Below are positions 1 through 9,512 of a stretch of DNA of 64,000 bases, piece after piece; the stretch's first letter is position 1, and each line of letters starts with the position of its first letter. The notes under the pieces were generated by a model. The model worked only from the letters and a program-made list of their open reading frames with translations, did no database searches and was not told where the DNA came from. A program made the position numbers and the translations under genes. Origin of the DNA: a virus (Duplodnaviria > Caudoviricetes); IMG/VR virus record IMGVR_UViG_3300020042_012680, positions 1 through 64,000 of that record. One strand, given 5' to 3'.

Positions 1-107
1 ATCACTTCTTGCGCCAGGATCGAATTGCCCAATGAAACTATAATCATATTCTCTATCTTTTAATAAGAGATCGGAATTTCCATTAAATTTAAATATTTCT
101 CCTAAAG
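1..107 (-). other. Inverted internal segment of the exostosin-like glycosyltransferase gene
   Basis: Reverse complement reads (T)LGEIFKFNGNSDLLLKDREYDYSFIGQFDPGARSD, open to the window edge, with no start codon (in-frame TAA about 7 codons upstream). RxYDxSFxGQ is the motif expected just before the + strand part at 108-502. Confidence 0.75.
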
Positions 108-502
108 TAAATAAATTAAATAATAATTATAAAAAAAATATTATTTTTTATGATGGATGGAATAAAGGTATTGGTTCAGAAGAATACTCAAGAGTATTGT
201 CCAACACAAAAATAGCATTGGTTCCAAGAGGTTCTGCGAGTTTAGATACTTTTAGATTTTACGAAGCCATGAGATGTGGGTGTATAGTTTTGACTTTAAT
301 ACAAAATGAATATGAATTTATGATAAATAGCCCTCACTTTGAAATAGGATCATGGTCTAACCTACAATTATATTTAGATAATATATTAAACAATGAAAAT
401 ATTCAAGAGCTATCGAACAAAACCAAGGAATTTTGGGAAAATAATTTAAGCTCAAAAGCTGCAGCAGGTTTTATCTTAAAGAAAATAAATAATAAAATTT
501 GA
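108..502 (+). CDS. Exostosin/GT47-like glycosyltransferase, 3' part (gene interrupted by the inversion)
   Basis: The frame of track ORF 197..502 is open upstream: NKLNNNYKKNIIFYDGWNKGIGSEEYSRVLSNTKIALVPRGSASLDTFRFYEAMRCGCIV, matching the exostosin SxxxLxPxG...RxxEAxxxGCxP signature. The TTG at 197 is probably not the true start. Confidence 0.7.
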
Positions 503-527
503 TATTTATATAAATTAAATATATAAT
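499..527 (+). promoter_or_regulatory. sigma70-type promoter of gmd
   Basis: TTGATA(499-504)-17 nt-TATAAT(522-527); the -35 box overlaps the upstream TGA stop. Confidence 0.7.
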
Positions 528-547
528 ACCTAAAACAATTTTATAAA

Positions 548-1693
548 ATGAATAAAAACATCAAAGAAACTTATTATGGTAAAAAAATAGATACATCCAA
601 TATTTTAAATATTGAAGACGCAAGTAAATTAATTAATGGTAAAAAAACCATAGTAGTGACTGGAGTTACTGGACAAGATGGAAGTCATATGGTAGATTTT
701 TTACTTAAAAATACAGATTACATTATCTTCGGTGGAGTAAGAAGATTAAGCGTTTACAATCACGAAAACATTAGACATATTAAATCTGATAGATTTTATC
801 TTATTAATTTCGATTTAACTGATTCTCATGCTATCGCTAGAACTGTAGAAAAATTACAACCAGATTATTTTATTAATTTCGCTGCACAAAGTTTTGTTGC
901 AAGTAGTTGGGATTTCTCCAAACAAACCTGGCACACAAATTCAACGGCAGTTTTAGATATTCTTGAAGCAATTAGATTATACAAACCATCTTGCAGATTA
1001 TATCAAGCTGGCTCTAGCGAAGAGTTTGGAAACGTAGAGTATTCTCCACAAGATGAAAGCCATCCTTTAAAACCAAGAAGTCCTTATGGTGCAAGCAAAG
1101 CCGCTTCTAGACAGTTGGTAAAAGTTTACAGAGAATCTTATGGGATATATGCAATTCAAGGTTGGCTATTTAATCACGAGGGTACAAGAAGAGGAGAAGA
1201 ATTTGTCACCAGAAAGATTAGTAAAAATGTAGCTCGCATTTATAATGCAATTAAAAATAACGAAGACTTCCAACCACTTGAGTTAGGGAATATTGAAGCT
1301 AAACGAGACTGGAGTGATGCAGAAGATTTTATAGAAGGTGTTTGGATGATGTTAAATCAAGATAAATATAATCCAAATTACTCTGGAGAACCTAAAGAAT
1401 ATATATTCTCTTCAAATGAAACTCATACTATTAAAGAATTTGCTGAAAAAGCTTTTAAATATGCATCAATAAATGGCGAATGGATTGGAGAAGGTGAACA
1501 TATCATATTCATAAATAAAGACAAAAAAGTATTACTTCAAATTAATTCAAAATTCTATAGACCAGCAGAAGTAGAGCTTTTGCTTGGAGATTCTAATAAA
1601 GCCAGACAAGAATTAAATTGGAAACCTAAAATTTCATTTGACAAACTTATAGAAAAGATGGTAAAGTGGGATATTGAAAATCTCAAATCATAA
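548..1693 (+). CDS. gmd: GDP-mannose 4,6-dehydratase
   Basis: TGVTGQDGS NAD-binding motif, AAQSFV, SSEEFG, SPYGASK (YxxxK), FNHE, FVTRKI, LGN..AKRDW, FYRPAEV. Confidence 0.97.
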   Translation: MNKNIKETYYGKKIDTSNILNIEDASKLINGKKTIVVTGVTGQDGSHMVDFLLKNTDYIIFGGVRRLSVYNHENIRHIKSDRFYLINFDLTDSHAIARTVEKLQPDYFINFAAQSFVASSWDFSKQTWHTNSTAVLDILEAIRLYKPSCRLYQAGSSEEFGNVEYSPQDESHPLKPRSPYGASKAASRQLVKVYRESYGIYAIQGWLFNHEGTRRGEEFVTRKISKNVARIYNAIKNNEDFQPLELGNIEAKRDWSDAEDFIEGVWMMLNQDKYNPNYSGEPKEYIFSSNETHTIKEFAEKAFKYASINGEWIGEGEHIIFINKDKKVLLQINSKFYRPAEVELLLGDSNKARQELNWKPKISFDKLIEKMVKWDIENLKS

Positions 1694-2018
1694 ACTTTGT
1701 CAATTAATAGTTAAGAAATTTATTAAAGGAAATATTAATTGGCCAAGAGAGATCAAAATTGCTCAAAGATTATCTAAAAGATTTAATTCTTTTGATTTTT
1801 GGGATAATCTCAAAGAGCTAGGAAGCCCGCCTCCTTCACTAGCTTGGTTTCTCAAGCCACAAGGCAAAGCTTTCATATTAAAGGAATATGAAAGCTTCAA
1901 TTTAAATTTAAATAAAGAAAAAGTAAAATTACAAAAAAATAAAGTAAATGAAGATAAAAACATTTGCAAAAAACCTAAAACTCTGCTAGAATTTATAAGA
2001 TATGGGAAGAAAACCTAA
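1674..2018 (+). CDS. Hypothetical protein
   Basis: 114 aa ORF overlapping both neighbours in operon fashion. Confidence 0.7.
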   Translation: MKISNHKLCQLIVKKFIKGNINWPREIKIAQRLSKRFNSFDFWDNLKELGSPPPSLAWFLKPQGKAFILKEYESFNLNLNKEKVKLQKNKVNEDKNICKKPKTLLEFIRYGKKT

Positions 2019-3144
2019 AGAAGAAATCGAACAACCATCTGGTCCAAGCGCATCAGATAGATTACTATCCTTTTTGAAGGATAATAAAGAGGACCATTAT
2101 AATTTCGAAGACGAAGTTCATTATAAAGTATCAACTGGTAGTTTAAACCTGGATATCGCTACAAGTGGTGGTTTATGCCCAGGTTTGCATAGATTTATTG
2201 GCATGAACGAAGGTGGAAAAACTTCAGAAGCACTTGAAGTCACAAAGAACTTTCTTAAAACAATAGACAATTCTAGAGCCTTGCTCTTCAAAGCAGAAGG
2301 AAGATTAAGCAAAGAGATTAAAGATCGTTCTGGTATTAAATTTGTAACTGATCCAAAAGAATGGGTTGATGGAACTTGCTTCGTATTTGAATGCAATATT
2401 TTTGAAACAGTTTCAGAATTAATGAAAGATCTTATTCAATCAAATGACGAAGATAAGAGATATATATTTATTCTTGATTCGGTTGACGGATTAATGACTA
2501 AAGGTGATTCTCAAAAAAGTATGACAGAAGCCACCAAGGTTGCAGGAGGCGCAGTTATCTCATCAATGTTGATGAAGAAAATTTCGCTAGCACTTTCTAA
2601 GCGTGGTCATATGGCTATCTTTATCAGTCAAGTGAGATCTGATATTAAACTTGACCCCTATGCTGCCAATAAAGATATTCGTCAAACGACTGCTACTGGC
2701 GGAAATGCGTTGTTGCATTTTGCTAATTGGATTCTCGAATTTGAACCAAAGTTTAATAAAGATCTTATTCTTGAAAAACCAAATGATAAATATGATCCAG
2801 TTAAGAACAAAATTATTGGACATAATGTTAAAATTGTAATTAAAAAGTCCACAAATGAATCTACGAATTCTAAAGTTCAATATCCAATCAAGTATGGGCG
2901 TAAAGATGGCTCATCAGTTTGGAGAGAGTATGAAGTTATTGATCAAATTCTTTCTTGGGAATTTGCAACCGCAAAAGGAGCATGGGTTACTTTCTCAGAT
3001 GACATTATCGAAGAACTTAAAAATGCTAATTTAGAACTAAAGAAACAACATCAAGGAATTGATAATCTAAGAGTCTATCTAGAAGAAAATAAACCAATCG
3101 TAGATTATTTTTATAATAAATTTATTAAAACTCTTGCGTCATGA
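2002..3144 (+). CDS. recA: RecA/UvsX-like recombinase
   Basis: VSTGSLNLDIATSGG, Walker A GMNEGGKTS, Walker B FILDSV, IFISQVR, TGGNALLHFA. Confidence 0.92.
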   Translation: MGRKPKEEIEQPSGPSASDRLLSFLKDNKEDHYNFEDEVHYKVSTGSLNLDIATSGGLCPGLHRFIGMNEGGKTSEALEVTKNFLKTIDNSRALLFKAEGRLSKEIKDRSGIKFVTDPKEWVDGTCFVFECNIFETVSELMKDLIQSNDEDKRYIFILDSVDGLMTKGDSQKSMTEATKVAGGAVISSMLMKKISLALSKRGHMAIFISQVRSDIKLDPYAANKDIRQTTATGGNALLHFANWILEFEPKFNKDLILEKPNDKYDPVKNKIIGHNVKIVIKKSTNESTNSKVQYPIKYGRKDGSSVWREYEVIDQILSWEFATAKGAWVTFSDDIIEELKNANLELKKQHQGIDNLRVYLEENKPIVDYFYNKFIKTLAS

Positions 3145-3560
3145 GATTATTAAATATTAACGGCAAACTCGTTAATAAGAACGTAAGAAATTATCTTGTA
3201 GATTGGGATGGAAAATGTAGAAGTAAACTCCAATTTAGATTCAAGCAATTTTTCTATCCTTACTGGAAAAATCATATTGTATACGAAGAGTTTCCAGTTT
3301 ATGGAAGTATGCTTAAAGTAGATTTATTAAATGCAACTAAAAAGATAGCAGTTGAGATACAAGGTAATCAACATGAGAGCTTTAATAAGTTCTTTCATGA
3401 TAATTCTAGATTAAAATATCTTCAAAGCATAAAAAGAGATGTTAAAAAAGAAAGATGGTTAGAAACGAATGGTTTTAAGTTTCTAGAACTCTATGAAAAT
3501 GACCTAAGAAATTTATCACCACAATATATAGAAGAAAAATGTGGCGTACTTATTATTTAA
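3141..3560 (+). CDS. Vsr/DUF559-like PD-(D/E)xK endonuclease
   Basis: VDLL...IAVEIQGNQH...RDVKKERWLETNGFKFLELY pattern. Confidence 0.75.
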   Translation: MRLLNINGKLVNKNVRNYLVDWDGKCRSKLQFRFKQFFYPYWKNHIVYEEFPVYGSMLKVDLLNATKKIAVEIQGNQHESFNKFFHDNSRLKYLQSIKRDVKKERWLETNGFKFLELYENDLRNLSPQYIEEKCGVLII

Positions 3561-3575
3561 GTGTAAAACTTTCTG

Positions 3576-3848
3576 GTGACTAATAAGAAAAAATTTAACT
3601 TTCCAGAATCTTTATTAAAACAGATTGATGAGTGCAGTTATGGCGGATATATTTTGTTTAATTTCTCATCAAAAGGTGAACCTCAAGTATATACAAAATT
3701 TGATAATCAAATAAATGCTATGGCTCTTTTATATTATTTAAATACGTGGGGCCAAAGTGTTGATCAATTAAATTTTGAAGCGACTACAGATTTAATTAGT
3801 AGGAATAATGAAAAACAAGACGAAGAAGATAATGACGAAGAACGTTAA
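3576..3848 (+). CDS. Hypothetical protein with acidic tail
   Basis: 90 aa ORF, GTG start, preceded by GTGTAA at 3561-3566. Confidence 0.7.
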   Translation: MTNKKKFNFPESLLKQIDECSYGGYILFNFSSKGEPQVYTKFDNQINAMALLYYLNTWGQSVDQLNFEATTDLISRNNEKQDEEDNDEER

Positions 3849-3851
3849 AAC

Positions 3852-3880
3852 TTGACTTTTGATTTTTAGTTTGGTATTAT
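3852..3880 (+). promoter_or_regulatory. sigma70-type promoter of helicase operon (probably leaderless)
   Basis: TTGACT-17-TATTAT; ATG 7 nt after the -10 box. Confidence 0.7.
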
Positions 3881-3887
3881 ATATTGA

Positions 3888-5372
3888 ATGATTTACTCCC
3901 TACAAGTAGAACGACATGTACTTAGTGGTTTGTTAAAATATCAAGATCTATTCGCTGATATTGATGTTTTCTTATCAGAAAATGACTTTTTTAATGATGT
4001 TCATTCTACTATTTATTCAGTATTTAAGAATATCAAATACAAGGGTGAAAATGTAGATAAAGTCTTATTAGCAGAAAAGATAAAAAATTTAGGAATATCC
4101 TTTAAAGATGAAATTAATATTTTTGATTATATAGATAATTTAACCTTTTCTCAGATCACAGAAGAAGCTACCATGACAGCTTGCAAGGAATTGATTAAAT
4201 TTAGAGTTCGAAGAGAACTTTGCCAAACAGCAGATAATCTTAAAGAGTATGTGACTAAAAATGCAGAAGATTCATTAGACGAGATTATTGGTAAGATAGA
4301 CGGCATATATAATAAAAAAATATCATCTTATTCAGAGAACGACGTACCAATTAATATCTTTGAAGGAGTAGAAGACCTTATTGAAGAAAGGGGCAACTCT
4401 CCTAAAGATGAAACTGGACTTATTACGCCCTATTCAGAATTTAACAGAATGTATGGTGGTTTAAAGAATGGCAATATTTACGCTATAGCTAGTAGACCTG
4501 GCCAAGGAAAATCGACTTGGCTTAATGATATTTGCTTTAAAACTGCTATTAATCCAAAGAACAAAACAAAAACTTTAATTTTAGATACTGAGATGCAGAC
4601 CGTGGATATTCAATTAAGAATGGTAGCATCTTTGAGCGGAGTACCAGTTTGGTATCTTGAAACTGGTAACTGGCGTAAAAATGAAGAAATGACAAAGAAA
4701 GTAAGAGAAGCTTGGAGCAAGGTAAAGAAATATGAATACTTTCATTATCATGTTGGCAACAAAAATATCGATCAAATTTGTTCTATTATCCGCAGATGGT
4801 ATCTTTCAAAGGTCGGTAGAGGAAATCAAGCTATGATTGCTTATGATTATATAAAATTAACTGGAGAAAAGGTTGGTCAAAACTGGGCAGAGCATCAAGC
4901 TATTGGAGATAAAATCGATAAACTTAAAAGAATATCAGAAGAAATTCAATGCCCAGTTATTACCGCAATGCAATTGAATAGAACTGGAGAAAGTTTCAAC
5001 AGAAAAGGCGCAGAAGTAATTGATGACAGTTCAGTTATTTCTTTGTCAGATAGACTTCAATGGTTCGCTTCTTTTGTAGCGATCTTTAGAAGAAAAACTC
5101 TAGATGAGCTTGGTTTAGATGGCCAAGCCTTTGGTACTCATAAACTGATACCAACAAAAACTAGATTTCAAGGTAAAGATGCAGCAGGGCATCAAGATTT
5201 AGTGAGAAGACTAGATTGCACTGGAAAAGAAGTATGGGCGCAGAATTATTTAAATTATAATGTTCAAAATTTTAATATAGAAGAAAGAGGATCATTAATT
5301 GATGTCGCTGAAAGACAAAGAGAGCAATATGAATTAAATGATGCAAATGCAAATGATGGAGAACTATTATGA
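3888..5372 (+). CDS. dnaB: Replicative DNA helicase, DnaB family
   Basis: N-terminal ERHVLSGLL, Walker A ASRPGQGKST, LDTEM, IAYDYIKL, AMQLNR; no intein. Confidence 0.95.
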   Translation: MIYSLQVERHVLSGLLKYQDLFADIDVFLSENDFFNDVHSTIYSVFKNIKYKGENVDKVLLAEKIKNLGISFKDEINIFDYIDNLTFSQITEEATMTACKELIKFRVRRELCQTADNLKEYVTKNAEDSLDEIIGKIDGIYNKKISSYSENDVPINIFEGVEDLIEERGNSPKDETGLITPYSEFNRMYGGLKNGNIYAIASRPGQGKSTWLNDICFKTAINPKNKTKTLILDTEMQTVDIQLRMVASLSGVPVWYLETGNWRKNEEMTKKVREAWSKVKKYEYFHYHVGNKNIDQICSIIRRWYLSKVGRGNQAMIAYDYIKLTGEKVGQNWAEHQAIGDKIDKLKRISEEIQCPVITAMQLNRTGESFNRKGAEVIDDSSVISLSDRLQWFASFVAIFRRKTLDELGLDGQAFGTHKLIPTKTRFQGKDAAGHQDLVRRLDCTGKEVWAQNYLNYNVQNFNIEERGSLIDVAERQREQYELNDANANDGELL

Positions 5373-6025
5373 ATGTAGAATTAATATCAGTAACAAACCC
5401 TAAGATGAATGGAATTAAAAATGCAGAAGATTTAGTTGCATTTTGCGCCAGAGTCAGTAACCCTTCGAATCAAATGAATACTGAAACTGCTCCAAAGTTA
5501 TTAAAATTTTTAATTAAACATAAACATTGGAGTCCATTCGAGCTCGTTGATATGTGTGTTGAAATTAAAACTAGCAGAGGAATTGCAGCGCAAATTCTTA
5601 GACACAGATCATTTAGTTTTCAAGAATTTAGTCAAAGATATAGTATTGCGAATGAATTTGAAGATATCGAGCTTCGATTGCAAGGAGATAAAAACAGACA
5701 AGTAGGCGAAATTCTCATGAAAACAAATACTGAAGCATACGATAAAGTTAATGAGCTTCTTATAGAATCTTTATCGCTTTCTCAACATTGTTATGATACA
5801 ATGATTGAAAATGGAATCGCAAAAGAAGTAGCAAGAATGATATTGCCTTTAACAACTCAAACTACAATGTATATGAAAGGTTCGTTAAGAAGCTGGGTTC
5901 ATTATATTGAATTAAGAACAGAGCAAAATACTCAAAAAGAACACAGATTAATTGCACAAAAATGCAAGAAAATCTTTATTAAAGAGTTTCCTGTAATAAG
6001 TGAGGCGTTAGAATGGATAAAGTAA
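5369..6025 (+). CDS. thyX: Flavin-dependent thymidylate synthase
   Basis: HWSPFE, ThyX motif RHRSFSFQEFSQRY, KEVARMILP, GSLRSWVHYIELR. Confidence 0.97.
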   Translation: MNVELISVTNPKMNGIKNAEDLVAFCARVSNPSNQMNTETAPKLLKFLIKHKHWSPFELVDMCVEIKTSRGIAAQILRHRSFSFQEFSQRYSIANEFEDIELRLQGDKNRQVGEILMKTNTEAYDKVNELLIESLSLSQHCYDTMIENGIAKEVARMILPLTTQTTMYMKGSLRSWVHYIELRTEQNTQKEHRLIAQKCKKIFIKEFPVISEALEWIK

Positions 6026-6918
6026 ATGTTTACCAAATCCTAACTGATTTGGGATATAAATTAAAAGATTGCGGTAAAGAATATAGAGCTAGACCTCTTT
6101 ATAGAGATAGCGATAATGATACTGTATTAAAAATTTATAAAGATACTGGGCATTGGTTTGATTTTAAAGAAAATATTAGTGGAGATTTCAGTTCGTTGGT
6201 TGGTATGACTTTAAAATTGGAAGATACAACTAAAGCTAAAGAATGGCTTAAAGATAAAAATTTTGCATTCAAAAACCCTACGGAAGTTAAAAAACCATTA
6301 ATAAAATCTTCTAAAAAATTTGATATAGAAGTTCTCTCTAGGTTAGAAGATGATCAAGACTACTGGATTAAAAGAGGCGTTGATATCCAAACTTTAAAAA
6401 CTTTTAAAGGTGGGGTCGCAAAAATGGGTAAGATGAAAAATAGATATGTATTTCCTATTTTTAACTCTAAAGATAATATCATAGGATTTTCTGGAAGAGA
6501 CATTACTAATTTATCTAAGATCAAGTGGAAGCATATTGGTGAGAAAACAGAATTCGTTTATCCTTTATTCGTTAACTCAGAAATTATACAACAGCAAAAA
6601 GAAATAATCTTAGTTGAAAGTATTGGGGATATGTTAAGCCTTTGGCAAGCTGGAATCAAAAATGCTCTCGTCACATTTGGAACTAGTTTAAGTTTAGCGA
6701 TTTTAAATTATTCTTTAAAAGTTGATCTAAAAAAAATCTACATCAGTTTAAATAATGATTCCAATAAAAATAACGCTGGAAATATTGCAGCGGAAAAAAC
6801 TCAAGCTAGATTGAGTAGATATTTCGATCAGAGCCAATTAAAAATAGCTCTACCACCTAAAAAAGATTTTGGTGAAATGACCAAAGAAGAAATAGTTCAA
6901 TGGAAAAACAATCTTTAA
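6013..6918 (+). CDS. dnaG: DNA primase (DnaG-like, Toprim)
   Basis: RYVFPIFN...IIGFSGR, KWKH, Toprim LVESIGDMLSL...FGT and ISLNND; the N-terminal zinc-finger region lacks its ligands. Confidence 0.85.
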   Translation: MDKVNVYQILTDLGYKLKDCGKEYRARPLYRDSDNDTVLKIYKDTGHWFDFKENISGDFSSLVGMTLKLEDTTKAKEWLKDKNFAFKNPTEVKKPLIKSSKKFDIEVLSRLEDDQDYWIKRGVDIQTLKTFKGGVAKMGKMKNRYVFPIFNSKDNIIGFSGRDITNLSKIKWKHIGEKTEFVYPLFVNSEIIQQQKEIILVESIGDMLSLWQAGIKNALVTFGTSLSLAILNYSLKVDLKKIYISLNNDSNKNNAGNIAAEKTQARLSRYFDQSQLKIALPPKKDFGEMTKEEIVQWKNNL

Positions 6919-7865
6919 AAGTATTATCAGCATCTAGAATTAAAACTCTTGAAACTTGCTCTTGGGTTTACTGGAACAACTATCATACTAAAGTTCCTCA
7001 AAGTCAAAATGATGGAGCATTAAGAGGAACAATTTGTCATACAGTTTTCGAATTACTATTAAACAAAAGACATCTTAAAAATTATAAAAGAATAATAAAA
7101 AAGAACGCGATTGATGGTGATGAGGGCGTGAATAGATTAGTTAAAAAGTTATCAGCAAAAGTTAAACTAGATGAAAGCAATTATAAACTATTAAATGATA
7201 TGATCCTTGTTGGTCTTAAAAATGACTTCTTTGGAGAAGGTGGCGAAATAGTTAAACCAGAGTATGATTTTGATATTAAAAATGATGAACCAAAATATCA
7301 TATTCGTGGTTTTATAGATAAGCCTATTAAAATTAAAAAAGAAATGCATATAATCGATTATAAAAGCTCCAAATATAAGTTTAGGGGTGATGACCTTGAA
7401 GCCAATATTCAAGCTATGATGTATAGTCTAGCAAGTAAAAAACTATGGCCAAAATTAAAACCTATTGTTAAATTCTTATTTCTTAGATTTCCAAAACAAC
7501 CAATTCAAGAACTAGTGTTTGATGACAACCAAATTAAGGGATTTGAGTATTATCTTGAGCATATTAATGATTATGTTAACAAATTTGACGAAGAATCTGC
7601 TAGATCAAACTTTGCAGTAGATAGTGTTAAAAATAAATGGATGTGTCAAGTTGGTGGCTGGAAATGTCCATATAAAGATCCATATACATATTATGTCAAA
7701 GTAAATGATAAAGGCGAAATAGTGGAAACTAGTCTAGAAGATAATTTTAAAGATATTAAAGGATTTAAAGTAGAAACTCGAACATATGAAGGATGTCCAA
7801 AATTTCAAACTAGTTCTGCTAAAGATGAGTTTCTTGATGATGCAAAAGACGAATTTTTAGATTGA
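6900..7865 (+). CDS. Cas4/RecB-like PD-(D/E)xK exonuclease
   Basis: LSASRIKTLETCSW, GTICH, IRGFIDK...IIDYKSSK, Q..MY, C-terminal Cys residues. Confidence 0.85.
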   Translation: MEKQSLKVLSASRIKTLETCSWVYWNNYHTKVPQSQNDGALRGTICHTVFELLLNKRHLKNYKRIIKKNAIDGDEGVNRLVKKLSAKVKLDESNYKLLNDMILVGLKNDFFGEGGEIVKPEYDFDIKNDEPKYHIRGFIDKPIKIKKEMHIIDYKSSKYKFRGDDLEANIQAMMYSLASKKLWPKLKPIVKFLFLRFPKQPIQELVFDDNQIKGFEYYLEHINDYVNKFDEESARSNFAVDSVKNKWMCQVGGWKCPYKDPYTYYVKVNDKGEIVETSLEDNFKDIKGFKVETRTYEGCPKFQTSSAKDEFLDDAKDEFLD

Positions 7866-7890
7866 TATATTTATAAATTCTTGTTATATT
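7862..7890 (+). promoter_or_regulatory. sigma70-type promoter of polymerase cluster (probably leaderless)
   Basis: TTGATA-17-TATATT; ATG 7 nt after; -35 overlaps upstream TGA. Confidence 0.6.
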
Positions 7891-7897
7891 TGTAAGA

Positions 7898-8644
7898 ATG
7901 ATACCTTTATTTAAATCTCATTATTCCCTAGGAAGATCAATTCTTACTCTAGAGGATAAATCCGAAAGAGATGAATATCCAGATTCTATTATTCAAATAG
8001 CCAAACAAAATAAATTAAAAGAGATATTTCTAGTAGAAGATAATATGTCTTCATTTCTTGAAGCTTATACAAATTGCAAGAATAATGATATTAAATTAAA
8101 CTATGGATTGAGAATTTCAGTTACAGAATCTATAACAGATAAAACCGATGAGTCGAGAGCCAAAAACTCAAAATTTATTATTTTCTTTAAAAATAAAAAA
8201 GGTTACGAATCTTTAACTAAACTATTTAGTACTGGAGCAAAAGATGGTTTTTATTATGAACCTAGATTAGATTATACAACAATAAAAAATAACTGGTCAG
8301 ATAGTTTAATTATGGGTATTCCGTTCTATGATTCTTTCATATTTAATAATACTTTAAAAAATAGCATATGTGTTCCTCAAATAGATTTCACAAAACCAGT
8401 TGTATTCATCGAGCAAAATGAATTACCTTTTGATTTTATTATTAAAGATAAAATGTTATCATTTGCGGAAAAAAATAAGTTAGAAGTTTTTAATGCAAAA
8501 AGCATTTACTACACCGATAGAAAAGACTTTAAAACATACTTAACATTCAGATGCATTAATAATAGGAGCGTTTTAAATAAACCAGATATTGAACACATGA
8601 GTAGTAGCGAATTTTCTTTTCAAAGTTGGAAGGAAAATAAATAA
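7898..8644 (+). CDS. Stand-alone PHP domain of DNA polymerase III alpha
   Basis: KSHYSLGRS (HxxYS-like), IKLNYGLRI, FFKNKKGYESLTKL, YYEPRLD, match the DnaE N-terminal PHP domain. Confidence 0.8.
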   Translation: MIPLFKSHYSLGRSILTLEDKSERDEYPDSIIQIAKQNKLKEIFLVEDNMSSFLEAYTNCKNNDIKLNYGLRISVTESITDKTDESRAKNSKFIIFFKNKKGYESLTKLFSTGAKDGFYYEPRLDYTTIKNNWSDSLIMGIPFYDSFIFNNTLKNSICVPQIDFTKPVVFIEQNELPFDFIIKDKMLSFAEKNKLEVFNAKSIYYTDRKDFKTYLTFRCINNRSVLNKPDIEHMSSSEFSFQSWKENK

Positions 8645-8647
8645 TTT

Positions 8648-9286
8648 ATGGACGAACATCTTTTAAGATACAATAAAAATAAGACTTTAGTTTTCATTGA
8701 TTGTGAAACATTTAATCTTTGTTTAAATTTTTGCCATAATTTACCTTGGCAAATCGCTATGCTTAAAGTTCAAGGCGACAAGAAAATCGACCAAAAGAAT
8801 TTTTATTTAAAATGGCAAACAGATTTAAAAATTAGTCAAGACGCAGCCAGAATCACAAGATATGATCACAAAAGAGTTCAAAAAGAAGGTTTTGATCCAA
8901 AGGAAATATTTCCAACTATTAAAGATTGGCTAGATAACGCAGACTATATTATCGGTCATAACACTCTTGGTTTTGACATTTATCTTATAAAAGAGTATTA
9001 TAAATATATGGGCTGCAATTGGCATCATCTCGTTAGTAAATTTATAGATACAAATGCAGTGGCAAGAGGCATAAAATATGATATGCCATATAATTCGAAA
9101 GATAATTTAACTGAATATCAATACAAAATTTATCATACAAGAAAAAAAGGAGTCAAAAGCTCTTTGACTGTATTAGGCAAAGAAAACGGAATTGAACATG
9201 ATTACGAAAAACTTCATGATGCAATGAATGATCTTGACTTAAATTTAAAAGTATGGAATAAATTAAAATGGCAAATAGAGGTATAA
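8648..9286 (+). CDS. DEDDh 3'-5' exonuclease (DnaQ/epsilon-like)
   Basis: ExoI FIDCET, ExoII GHNTLGFD, ExoIII HDAMND. Confidence 0.9.
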   Translation: MDEHLLRYNKNKTLVFIDCETFNLCLNFCHNLPWQIAMLKVQGDKKIDQKNFYLKWQTDLKISQDAARITRYDHKRVQKEGFDPKEIFPTIKDWLDNADYIIGHNTLGFDIYLIKEYYKYMGCNWHHLVSKFIDTNAVARGIKYDMPYNSKDNLTEYQYKIYHTRKKGVKSSLTVLGKENGIEHDYEKLHDAMNDLDLNLKVWNKLKWQIEV

Positions 9287-9287
9287 C

Positions 9288-9512
9288 ATGGCATCATTAG
9301 ACGATGTATACGATATGACACAGAAACTAGAAGATAATAATATAGATTATCTTTTAATCACTGTAACCAAAGGCAAGAAACATGGTAAAGCTGACGTTTT
9401 CTTTTCTTTAAGAGATAAAGCTTCAATGAAGATACTGGCTACGGGACTAGATGCATTTAATAAGGAAATAGACAATATAGAAAGAGAGGAAGAAGAGGGT
9501 TCGGATGAATAA
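9288..9512 (+). CDS. Hypothetical small protein
   Basis: 74 aa ORF with SD (GAGGT), overlapping the dnaE start. Confidence 0.7.
   Translation: MASLDDVYDMTQKLEDNNIDYLLITVTKGKKHGKADVFFSLRDKASMKILATGLDAFNKEIDNIEREEEEGSDE

Noticed and set aside
6900-7865. Cas4-like gene as sign of a CRISPR-Cas locus
   Set aside because: No array or other cas genes; solo Cas4-like nucleases are common in phage replication modules.
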